Shown here: piece by piece, positions 8,009 through 16,068 of the stretch
How the letters are laid out: the number at the start of each line of letters is the position of its first letter
Numbering within the stretch: position 1 is the stretch's first letter
Origin: Candidatus Methanomethylicia archaeon
Lineage (GTDB): Archaea > Thermoproteota > Methanomethylicia > Nezhaarchaeales > B40-G2
Reading direction: 5' to 3'
Length of the DNA: 19,642 nucleotides
NCBI GenBank assembly: GCA_029259155.1
Contig: JAPDJI010000030.1
Coordinates: 1-19,642 of the forward strand
The notes under the pieces: generated by a model
Database searches by the model: none
Told to the model about the DNA's origin: nothing
What the model saw: only the letters and a program-made list of their open reading frames with translations
Translations under genes and position numbers: made by a program

Positions 8009-8293
8009 TCATGCTCGAGTGCTTTTTTGACGATGTTTCCTATGGCTTTCATTGCTCCGCGTTTTCTCTTTTCCTTCACCGTATTTCAAGTAGGAGGCTA
8101 ACTGCAATACAACTCCCAGGACTAAGTTGTAGTAGGCGTATACTGCTACTTCGTTGGCTGTTTCCTCCATCCCTATGCTTAAGCACGCTGCAGCAACTAT
8201 GAGTAAGGCCATGAAGGCTAGGATGAAGGGTGCCCCCCAGTTTTCCTTGAGGTATTCAAGCATCCTTCGTTTCATCGGCTTTTCCTTCGTCAT
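8009..8293 (-). CDS. Small two-TM membrane protein (ENWGAPF motif), intact copy
   Basis: Two hydrophobic helices separated by EETANE, with basic termini. A conserved paralog lies at 1394-1641. Confidence 0.85.
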   Translation of the reverse strand: MTKEKPMKRRMLEYLKENWGAPFILAFMALLIVAAACLSIGMEETANEVAVYAYYNLVLGVVLQLASYLKYGEGKEKTRSNESHRKHRQKSTRA

Positions 8294-8405
8294 TGTTTTT
8301 CCTCGGCTTAAATGTTTGAGGACCGACTGTGAAACCTAATAGCTAATATACTTAGCTGATGGCTATCTGTACTTATGAATGTTTCTCTGAAGCATAGGTA
8401 GATCT

Positions 8406-8555
8406 TTATAGTGGACTTACGGCTTCAACAGCGTTGCCACATCCTTCCGCCGTTAACCTTTTGGTGTACCGTAGCGCGTTGGCCTGCTCAACTAATACTA
8501 GGCGTGGTGCATGTATTCTCGGTTTACCTTCTATGCGTAGCTCTGTAGGCTCCAC
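8406..8555 (-). pseudogene. Internal fragment of a PIN-domain (VapC-like) toxin
   Basis: Hand translation: ...IEGKPRIHAPRLVLVEQANALRYTKRLTAEGCGNAVEAVSPL*. It matches the archaeal VapC 'AP-L---E-ANAL' segment. The N-terminal D(A/T)S motif and C-terminal Asp motifs are absent. Confidence 0.6.
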
Positions 8556-8574
8556 TGTAACTTGAGGCGCCTCG

Positions 8575-9009
8575 CTAGGTAGGGTAACCCAGCTCGGCTA
8601 AGATTCGTTTAGCTAAGTTCAGTGCTCCCTTAGCGCTCTTCACGGCTCTCCGAGCTTTTTCCGGGTTGTAGAGGGCGCTTGGAGTTAAACGTTCTTCAGG
8701 TAAGCCGTAGCTTGTCCTTCCATGTTCAGGGGGTAATCTACGCGTTATGGCTGCAAGGGCTTTAACTGCGCGTTTGAGGCTTCTAGGTAGGCTTTCAGCG
8801 GCTTCAAGTAGCTCGTCTGAAGGGTCATGGCTCCAGCTAGGCATCATGCTGTGAGCTATCACGGCCTTAGCCGCGTTCTCAGCGGTTAATTGAGACGCCT
8901 CTACGGCTCCCGCCCAATCCCTAGACTTTAACCTCTTCAACGCTGCCTGCAGGTGTTCTTCAGCCAGCCTCAACCTAAAGGTTACTTCGTCTAAGGGGTC
9001 TATCTCCAT
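8575..9009 (-). CDS. HEPN domain protein
   Basis: 'AEEHLQAA..L...DW..A...SQLTAENAAKA' and 'SHDP' fit the archaeal HEPN pattern. It lies directly downstream of an MNT gene. Confidence 0.92.
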   Translation of the reverse strand: MEIDPLDEVTFRLRLAEEHLQAALKRLKSRDWAGAVEASQLTAENAAKAVIAHSMMPSWSHDPSDELLEAAESLPRSLKRAVKALAAITRRLPPEHGRTSYGLPEERLTPSALYNPEKARRAVKSAKGALNLAKRILAELGYPT

Positions 9010-9011
9010 GG

Positions 9012-9485
9012 CTAAGCCTCCACCTTAACCCCTGGCTTTGGAAGCTTCCAGTAGTAGAACCTTCCTTTCTTCACCCTGACCAGGCCTACCTTGATGAAAC
9101 GCTTCTTAGCCTCTGAGAGGAAGGCTTCCAGCTTGCCGTGTTTATCGTAGAGTACGACCGCGTCCCAGATGATGTTGAGGAGCAGGGGGGTTAGCTTGCA
9201 CGGGTTGATGAAACGTCGATACTCCATGTCAACGACGGTCAGGCTCTTAAAGGGGAAGTAGCGTGTAGCCAGCTCATAGAGCTTGACGTACCTTTCACTC
9301 ACTGAGCTATCAAGCCCATCCCAAAGGACGAGCAAGTCTAAGTCGCTTTTTCCCTGTTTAGCTTCCCTCCTGGCAGTTGAGCCGAAAAGGATGACACCCG
9401 CTATGAAGGGGTTTTTCCCGCCCATTTTCCTGGCGTTGGCTGAGAGCTCCTTGAAGGACGAGCTTTTCTTGACTGATTTCTTCAT
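9012..9485 (-). CDS. Minimal nucleotidyltransferase (MNT) antitoxin-like protein
   Basis: 'ILFGSTAR...SDLDLLV' Pol-beta motif, 2 nt upstream of the HEPN gene. Confidence 0.92.
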   Translation of the reverse strand: MKKSVKKSSSFKELSANARKMGGKNPFIAGVILFGSTARREAKQGKSDLDLLVLWDGLDSSVSERYVKLYELATRYFPFKSLTVVDMEYRRFINPCKLTPLLLNIIWDAVVLYDKHGKLEAFLSEAKKRFIKVGLVRVKKGRFYYWKLPKPGVKVEA

Positions 9486-9695
9486 CCCTTTCCCTTAAAG
9501 CCCACGCTTCTACTTAAGCGCTAGGTTGAACGTACTTGTTCGACCCAACTTGCATTAAAGCCGGGTAGTCGTGGATGTCCTAGGCTTCTAAATCATTAAC
9601 TCGCTGGGGTTGCGATGAGGCAAGGTTTACTTCAAGGCTTAGATGAGCTTGGAGAGGTTCTACGTAGCCACGGATGCCGCAAGAGGCGGCACAGC

Positions 9696-10610
9696 TTACT
9701 TAACCACCTTTTCTAGGTTGATCTCCAAGATATCGGTAGCCCCCTTCTTCTTCAACAGCGGTATTAGCTTAACCACCTCCTCACTCTTCACCGCAACCTC
9801 CACAGCATAGTCGCCGCTGTATAGCCTAGATACCGTAGGGCTCTTCATGGCTGGGAGCAGGGAGATGACCTCGTTGATGGCGTTGGAGGGCACGTTCATC
9901 TTAAGCAGCTTCATTCCTCCAGCCTCCTTGGCCGCCTGGATGAGCGTGGTAAGGCCCTCTATCTTATCGAGCTTCCAGGGATCCTTCAGGCTGTCCTTGT
10001 TAGCTATGACCCTAGCAGTGGACTCTAAAACCTCGTATATCGTTTCCCAGCCGTTCTGGCGTAGGGTCTCCCCTGTCTCGGATACGTCTATGATCATGTC
10101 GGCCACCTCTATGAAGGTCTCGGTGGCGCCGTAGCTCCTTATCAGCTTGAAGGGGTAGCCTCCAAGCTTCTCCTCGCAAAGCTTCCTAGCTATGTTCTCG
10201 TACTCTGAAGCCACAATGATCCTACCTTTACCTTCGCGTTGCACCTTCTCCACCAGCTCCTTGAAAACCACCTCCGCTCCTTCCCCTGCTGCGCTGGGTA
10301 TGTTGTAGCTACGCGGCACGGCAGCTACCAGCTTAACTCTCCCTACGTCCAGGTCTAGGAGCTCCTCTACGTCTGCCTCATGCTCAACAACCCAGTCGTG
10401 CCCGGTTATCCCGACGTCGTACTTGCCTTCCTCCACCAGGGGAGGTATGTTCTGGGCTCGATAGATGCGCATCTCTATCTCAGGGTCGTTGGAGCGGACG
10501 ATGTAGGAGCGCTCTCCTTCAAGCCTTAAATCGTAGCCCGCCCTGTCTAGCAGGTTTTTTACATGGCTCCATAGATGCCCCTTAGGTATGGCCATCTTGA
10601 GCACTGCCAT
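9696..10610 (-). CDS. hisG: ATP phosphoribosyltransferase, long form
   Basis: 'AIPKG', 'DVGITGHD', 'GATE', 'ETGETLRQNG' and the C-terminal regulatory domain 'LPAMKSPTVS...GATDIL'. Confidence 0.97.
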   Translation of the reverse strand: MAVLKMAIPKGHLWSHVKNLLDRAGYDLRLEGERSYIVRSNDPEIEMRIYRAQNIPPLVEEGKYDVGITGHDWVVEHEADVEELLDLDVGRVKLVAAVPRSYNIPSAAGEGAEVVFKELVEKVQREGKGRIIVASEYENIARKLCEEKLGGYPFKLIRSYGATETFIEVADMIIDVSETGETLRQNGWETIYEVLESTARVIANKDSLKDPWKLDKIEGLTTLIQAAKEAGGMKLLKMNVPSNAINEVISLLPAMKSPTVSRLYSGDYAVEVAVKSEEVVKLIPLLKKKGATDILEINLEKVVK

Positions 10611-10645
10611 GCCTTAACAGCCCTCTATCTGCCTGCTCCACTTTG

Positions 10646-10660
10646 TTTTATAGGTTTTCT
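10646..10660 (-). promoter_or_regulatory. BRE-TATA promoter of hisG
   Basis: Minus strand AGAAAAC-CTATAAAA, about 35 nt upstream of ATG 10610. Confidence 0.65.
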
Positions 10661-10667
10661 ACATGAA

Positions 10668-10824
10668 GAGCTCCGCCAGCCTAGCGGTCAAGAGGCTTCG
10701 AGACCGAAAACCTGGTGGAGGCTCGGAGACATGGCCTTGGAAACCTCATCGAGCTCAAGGCGGTCGTGGAGTAAACCGGACCTCGGAGGCGGTGAAGGCC
10801 TAGAACCGTCCGAGGTACCTAGGT
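10668..10824. other. GC-rich intergenic element with three consecutive hairpins (candidate ncRNA, or a gene remnant)
   Basis: Stems at 10671-10679/10712-10720 (inner 10685-10689/10702-10706), 10734-10739/10756-10761 and 10780-10786/10810-10816. Confidence 0.35.
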
Positions 10825-10857
10825 GTTTAAAGCTCTAAGCCCCTCCTTATCGAGTGT

Positions 10858-10863
10858 AAAAAA
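10858..10863 (-). terminator. Oligo-T archaeal terminator after the 153-aa gene
   Basis: T6 on the minus strand, 10 nt after the stop at 10874. Confidence 0.5.
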
Positions 10864-10873
10864 GGATGGGCCT

Positions 10874-11335
10874 TTACGGCTTCTCGCTCAGCTTCCCCAC
10901 TAGCTTACACTTCTCGGCTACCTTGAGCTTAGGGTAGGACTTAGGCACCTGGACTTCTCCGCACATGATTAGGTGCCTCACCTTGCTGTCGAAGACCTCG
11001 TAGTCTACGTCGTCCTCAAACACAAGCCTCTTTATACCCTTAAAGACGACAGGCTTCTCCAGGCTTTCCAAGTCAGCTCTCCTGACGGTGAGCTCCTCCA
11101 CCCCGCTAACTACATGTACAGGTATGGCTGCCTCCTTTACGCCCTCCACCAGCTCAGCCGCCTTGGATATGGCGGTAGCTGCCGTAGTGGCTGTTGATAG
11201 GAGTAGCTTCAAGGCCTCGTTTACCATCTCACCGGCGCTCTTGCCCAACTCCTTGGCCAGGGCGAGGGCTCTATTGTATAGCTCCTTGTCCACTCCTCTG
11301 ATCGTGACGGTCTTCTCCCTCTCCTCCTCGGACAA
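10874..11335 (-). CDS. Hypothetical protein with an N-terminal RHH-like DNA-binding domain
   Basis: 'KTVTIRGVDKELY..A...AKELGKSAGEMVNEALKL' RHH pattern, followed by an uncharacterised beta-rich domain. An SD-like GGTGGT lies 5 nt upstream of the TTG. Confidence 0.85.
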   Translation of the reverse strand: MSEEEREKTVTIRGVDKELYNRALALAKELGKSAGEMVNEALKLLLSTATTAATAISKAAELVEGVKEAAIPVHVVSGVEELTVRRADLESLEKPVVFKGIKRLVFEDDVDYEVFDSKVRHLIMCGEVQVPKSYPKLKVAEKCKLVGKLSEKP

Positions 11336-11348
11336 GGCACACCACCTA

Positions 11349-11380
11349 GTATTACTTGTATTACTTGTAATATAAGTTTT
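11349..11380 (-). promoter_or_regulatory. TATA box overlapped by three 9-bp-spaced GTAWTAY boxes (candidate operator)
   Basis: GTATTACTT GTATTACTT GTAATAT at 11349-11373. Minus-strand AAAA-CTTATATT at 11380-11369. Confidence 0.7.
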
Positions 11381-11406
11381 ACGCCATCCTCGGCCCCCAC
11401 GGACTC

Positions 11407-11414
11407 TTTATAAG
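11407..11414 (+). promoter_or_regulatory. TATA box of guaA
   Basis: TTTATAAG about 30 nt upstream of TTG 11445. Confidence 0.6.
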
Positions 11415-11444
11415 GTCCTTCTCGCATCTCAGCTGTGAGGAAGG

Positions 11445-12983
11445 TTGGACGCCATCCTAGTCCTTGACTTCGGCGGGCAGTACGCTCACCTCATAGCTAG
11501 GCGTGTTAGAAGCTTCAAGGTGTACAGCGAGATCGTGCCCCCCGACCTTACGGAGGAGGAGCTTAAAGCCTACCAGGAGAGGTTGACGGTGAAAGGCCTC
11601 ATACTGTCGGGGGGTCCTGCAAGCGTCTACGACGAAGCGGCTCCCCGCTGCGGCTCATATATCTTTAGCCTTGGGCTGCCGCTGCTCGGGATCTGCTATG
11701 GACACCAGCTCATGGCCCACATGCTGGGGGGCGAAGTGACCGAGCTGGACAAGGCCGAGTACGGGGTAGCTGAGGCCTACATAGATAAGCCCGTAGGTCC
11801 GTTGAGGGGCTTAGGCCCCGTGGAGAAAGTTTGGATGAGCCACCGAGACTCTGTGGTTAAGCTGCCTCAAGGCTTCGAGGTCTTAGCCCACACGGAGAAC
11901 TGCGCCGTAGCTGCCATGGGGGATGAGTCTAGGAAGATCTATGGCTTACAGTGGCACCCCGAGGTTGTCCACACGGCTAGGGGGGACGAGATGCTGAGGA
12001 ACTTCGTCTTCGACGTATGTGGCTGCCGCCCGGAGTGGACCGTGGAGGACTTCATCGAGAAGGCTGTGGAGGAGATAAGGTCAGCTGTAGGTAGCTCTAA
12101 AGCCGTGTTAGCGCTTAGCGGAGGAGTAGACTCGAGCACCACAGCTGCGCTGGCGGCTAGAGCGCTGGGCGATAGGTTTACGGCGGTCTTCGTGGACCAC
12201 GGCTTCATGAGGGAGGGGGAGCCTGAGTTCATAGTGGATACCTTCGCTAAGCTAGGCGTTAAGCTGATAGCAGTGGATGCTAGAGACCGCTTCTTCAAGG
12301 CGCTGCGAGGCGTAGTTGACCCTGAGGAGAAGCGTAGGATCATCGGTGAGCTCTTCATAAAGGTGTTCGAGGAGGAGGCTAGGAAGCTGGGCGCTGAGTA
12401 CCTCATCCAGGGGACTATCTACCCTGACCGCATAGAGTCAGGGTTTAGGAGGCATAGCGAGAAGATTAAGACTCACCACAACGTCGCCGGCCTGCCCTCC
12501 AAGATGGAGTTCAAGGGCATCGTGGAGCCCTTGAGGGACCTTTACAAAGATGAGGTTAGAGAGGTGGCTAAACAGCTCGGCTTACCGGAGGAAATAGTGT
12601 ACCGCCAGCCTTTCCCCGGGCCTGGCTTAGCGGTGAGGGTGATAGGGGAGGTGACGCCGATGAAGGTTGAGGTGGTCAGGAAGGCTGATAGGATCGTGAG
12701 GGAGGAGGTGGAGCGGGCGGGGCTTAACCGTGAGCTTTGGCAGTACTTTGCCGTGCTCACCGATACTAATAGCACGGGGGTTAGAGGCGATGCCCGCGCC
12801 TACGGCTTGACCGTAGCCATAAGGGCGGTGGAGAGCCGCGAAGCCATGACCGCTAGCTTCGCTAAGCTTCCCTACGATCTTCTTGAACGCATCTCGACCA
12901 GGATAACCAACGAGATCCCTGAGGTGACCAGGGTGGTGTACGACGTAACCAATAAGCCCCCAGCCACCATTGAGTGGGAGTAA
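11445..12983 (+). CDS. guaA: GMP synthase (glutamine-hydrolysing), fused GATase + ATPPase
   Basis: 'LDFGGQY', 'GICYGHQ', 'QWHPEV', 'SGGVDS', 'IKTHHNV', 'PFPGPGL' and 'KPPATIEWE'. Confidence 0.98.
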   Translation: MDAILVLDFGGQYAHLIARRVRSFKVYSEIVPPDLTEEELKAYQERLTVKGLILSGGPASVYDEAAPRCGSYIFSLGLPLLGICYGHQLMAHMLGGEVTELDKAEYGVAEAYIDKPVGPLRGLGPVEKVWMSHRDSVVKLPQGFEVLAHTENCAVAAMGDESRKIYGLQWHPEVVHTARGDEMLRNFVFDVCGCRPEWTVEDFIEKAVEEIRSAVGSSKAVLALSGGVDSSTTAALAARALGDRFTAVFVDHGFMREGEPEFIVDTFAKLGVKLIAVDARDRFFKALRGVVDPEEKRRIIGELFIKVFEEEARKLGAEYLIQGTIYPDRIESGFRRHSEKIKTHHNVAGLPSKMEFKGIVEPLRDLYKDEVREVAKQLGLPEEIVYRQPFPGPGLAVRVIGEVTPMKVEVVRKADRIVREEVERAGLNRELWQYFAVLTDTNSTGVRGDARAYGLTVAIRAVESREAMTASFAKLPYDLLERISTRITNEIPEVTRVVYDVTNKPPATIEWE

Positions 12984-12987
12984 GGCG

Positions 12988-14265
12988 CTAGGCCGCTAGG
13001 AGGCTCCTCATTAAGGGCAAGCCTACCACAACTAGGCCGATTACCAGCAGTATCAACGCGGCCTTCAGCTCCTCGAACGTGGCTGGCATCCACACCATGA
13101 AGGTCTCCTCCGCCACGCTTTCACCGTTCACCTTGAAGGTGAAGGTGTAGACCCCTGGACCCAGCCCCTCAGCTACATAGGTATTTCGCTCAAAAGTTAT
13201 TACCTGTAGTACGGGGCCTGTCCACCGCGTCACGGATACATCTGCCCAGAACCTATTTCCATCCCTCTCAAGACCACCCCAATCCACGTGGAAACCCGAC
13301 GTAGGGAAGGTGATACATACCTGGAAGAGGGCTCTCCCATCCTCCACCTCCACATCAACCTCTACTTGGCTGGGGTCAGGTGTGTAGGGAAGCCACTGCT
13401 CAGCCTCCTCCGTGGCGAAGCTCAGCTTCAAGTCTCCTTCAAGCTCCTTAACCCAACCCATGTAGCTTAGGAGGTAGAGGTGGACGGGGTTGCTGCCCAA
13501 CACTTCCTCAAGCTCCTCTAAGCCAAGCTCCTCTACCTCGATTAGCCCGGCGTAGAGGTCCATGAACCCTAAGCTATGTGCTTGAGCTAGGTCTAGCTGC
13601 TCGGTGGATAGGACTATTAAAGCTATGGTGGTGTAGCCTTCAGCTAAACTTGTGACCTCGAGCGGGTAGTAAAGGTGGCTTGAGTTGAACCTATACATTA
13701 AAGGCTCCACCCAGTGCTCGCCGGTTAGGGTTAGGGCGTCTATAGCGAAGAACCTGTAGCCGCTGTCGATGTAGCGCTGGAAGACCTCTACGGCTTCGTT
13801 AAGCACCTCAGGGCTAGGTAGACCTCTAGATGAGGAGTAGTCCTGTATCCATGAAGCCAGGCTTTCAGCATCCTCGACCTCCAGCACCCAGAGGTCGTGT
13901 GGCCCTAAGACTTCGTGAAAGGCTACGTCTAAGCCTTCAACCCCCCTCGTTAAAGGGAGCATCCACTGCACCTTGGAGAGGAGCTCCTTGAAGGCCTCCA
14001 CCTCCACCAGCTCAACGGTGGGCATAGAAGGCAAGGGTATTACCTCCAATACCTCTACCTGGCTGCGGCTGGGCTGAAGGCTCACCGATAAAACCAGTAC
14101 CTCCTCCTCCCCGTTCCAAGCTATGACTGCTACCTGCTCCGCCTCCTCTATGAAGCCTTGCGTAGGTATAGGTACACGGTCAGCGTAGCAGGCATGCGAG
14201 GTGATGGTTAAAGCCAACGCTAAGCATAGAGCTAACCAGAGCTTAAGTCTACCTTGCAACGTCAA
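12988..14265 (-). CDS. DUF2330-like secreted protein with a C-terminal beta-sandwich domain and TM anchor
   Basis: Signal peptide ending ACYA, 'EQVAVIAWNGEEEVLVLS...VIPLPS-P' and 'PL-Y-F-S--LYYPL' DUF2330-like motifs, and a C-terminal hydrophobic helix. Confidence 0.75.
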   Translation of the reverse strand: MTLQGRLKLWLALCLALALTITSHACYADRVPIPTQGFIEEAEQVAVIAWNGEEEVLVLSVSLQPSRSQVEVLEVIPLPSMPTVELVEVEAFKELLSKVQWMLPLTRGVEGLDVAFHEVLGPHDLWVLEVEDAESLASWIQDYSSSRGLPSPEVLNEAVEVFQRYIDSGYRFFAIDALTLTGEHWVEPLMYRFNSSHLYYPLEVTSLAEGYTTIALIVLSTEQLDLAQAHSLGFMDLYAGLIEVEELGLEELEEVLGSNPVHLYLLSYMGWVKELEGDLKLSFATEEAEQWLPYTPDPSQVEVDVEVEDGRALFQVCITFPTSGFHVDWGGLERDGNRFWADVSVTRWTGPVLQVITFERNTYVAEGLGPGVYTFTFKVNGESVAEETFMVWMPATFEELKAALILLVIGLVVVGLPLMRSLLAA

Positions 14266-14506
14266 ACCCTTGTTTTAAATCCAAGCAGCCTACAAATAAG
14301 GTTAAGGTTTCGACCTCCCCCGCGGTTTAACTAAGTCTAAGCTTCTCTTTGCTTTCTCGCCATAAGCCTTTTAGCAAGCCTTTACAATGGAAAAGAATTA
14401 AGCTGGACTGGCTTTCCCTTTACATAGATGTTTAGAAAGGATAAGCCTTTTATTTTAAGAGTTTTCAGCATATCGGTTAAAAAACTGAACAGTTAAGGGG
14501 AGGGGC

Positions 14507-15979
14507 ATGCCGTATAAGATAACCGAGGAGGGTTATGAGCCTTTCACCATGACGCCGGAGGAGGTCTTGAAGGCAGTCAAGGAGTTGAAGGTACGCTTCA
14601 TAGACCTACAGTTCACCGACCTCCCTGGCAGGCTACAGCACACCACGGTATCTGCTCATGAACTATCGTTGGATTCCTTTGAGATGGGTTTTCCTAAGCT
14701 AGATGGTTTCTCGGTAAGAGGCTTCGTGGGGATCCACGAATCAGACATGGTCCTTGTCCCAGACTCCTCAACCTTCGCCCTCATACCATGGATGAAGGAG
14801 GAACACCGCACTGCTAGAATGATCTGCGACGTTTACTGGGGCTTCGGTGAGGGGAGGCTTTCGAGAGATCCGCGGAACATCGCTCAGCGCGCGGAGCAGG
14901 TGTTGAGGGATACGCTTGGTGAAGGCTCTGTCTCGTATTGGGGGCCTGAGCCTGAGTTCTTCGTGTTCGACCGCGTGGAATGGGATGTATTAATGCCCTT
15001 TAGGGGGCAGAGCTACCGTGTGGAGTCTAGGGAAGCTGCATGGTCATGGGGCGGGACCTTCTACCCCATTAGGTTTAAGGAAGGCTACTACCATACTCCC
15101 CCACACGACACCTTGATGGAGCTTCGCAGCGAGTGTATTAGGCTTCTTGAGGACTACTTCCATGTCCCCTGCATCGTCCACCACCACGAGGTAGCCACTG
15201 CAGGTCAAGGGGAGATCAATATAAGGCATGATTCGTTGACGAACACCGCTGACAACTTGATGACCTTGAAGTACGTGGTGAAGAACGTAGCCCACCGCAT
15301 GGGCATGGTCGCTACCTTCATGCCTAAGCCCATCTTCAGCGACAACGCTTCAGGCATGCACGTCCACGTAAGCGTCTGGCGAAACGGTCAAAACCTCTTC
15401 TACGACCCTGACGACCCTCACGCTGAGCTAAGCCAGCTAGGAAGGTACTTCGGTGGAGGCCTACTAGAACATGCTAGGTCGCTCGCAGCTATCGTAGCGC
15501 CAACCACCAGTAGCTATAAACGCCTCGTCCCTGGCTACGAAGCACCCGTATACATAGCTTGGGGCTGCAGAAACCGCTCCGCCTGTTTAAGGGTGCCTGT
15601 CTACCATAAGGGTGCTAAGGCAGCTTCAGATAAGCGCCTCGAGTTCCGCCCACCCGACCCTTCATGTAACCCCTACCTCTGCTTCGCGGCGATCCTAGCT
15701 GCGGGCTTAGACGGCATTAAGAAGAAGAAGGATATGGGAGACCCTGTCGACGAAGACATCTATAAACTCACGCCTGAGCGCCGCCGCCAGCTGGGCATAA
15801 ATGAACTGCCTGGCAGCTTAAAGGAAGCGGTGGAGTGCCTTGAATCCGACTACGAGTACCTTAAGCCTATCTTCAGCCAGGACGCCATAGATAAGATCAT
15901 CGAGAACGCCATGAAGGAGTACACCGAGGTCTCTATAAGGCCGCACCCCTACGAGTTCTACCTTTACTTCGACCTTTAA
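14507..15979 (+). CDS. glnA: Glutamine synthetase type I (GSI-beta-like)
   Basis: 'DLQFTDLPG', 'GPEPEFF', 'HHHEVATAGQGE', 'ATFMPKP..DNASGMHVH', 'YKRLVPGYEAP', 'NRSA' and 'RLEFR.PD'. Confidence 0.96.
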   Translation: MPYKITEEGYEPFTMTPEEVLKAVKELKVRFIDLQFTDLPGRLQHTTVSAHELSLDSFEMGFPKLDGFSVRGFVGIHESDMVLVPDSSTFALIPWMKEEHRTARMICDVYWGFGEGRLSRDPRNIAQRAEQVLRDTLGEGSVSYWGPEPEFFVFDRVEWDVLMPFRGQSYRVESREAAWSWGGTFYPIRFKEGYYHTPPHDTLMELRSECIRLLEDYFHVPCIVHHHEVATAGQGEINIRHDSLTNTADNLMTLKYVVKNVAHRMGMVATFMPKPIFSDNASGMHVHVSVWRNGQNLFYDPDDPHAELSQLGRYFGGGLLEHARSLAAIVAPTTSSYKRLVPGYEAPVYIAWGCRNRSACLRVPVYHKGAKAASDKRLEFRPPDPSCNPYLCFAAILAAGLDGIKKKKDMGDPVDEDIYKLTPERRRQLGINELPGSLKEAVECLESDYEYLKPIFSQDAIDKIIENAMKEYTEVSIRPHPYEFYLYFDL

Positions 15980-16068
15980 ACCCAAACCTTCCCCTCTGTG
16001 GCGCTTTTTCGCCCCATCCGGCGGGCAAACCATTTATCCTTCAGGCCAAGATAAAGATCGAGAGGGGG

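Noticed and set aside
10665-10850. RNase P RNA, tRNA or SECIS interpretation of the intergenic element
   Set aside because: GAAGAGCTCCGCC only loosely resembles CR-I and has no proper CR-V partner. There is no cloverleaf or T-loop, and the GAA hairpin lacks the SECIS apical stem.
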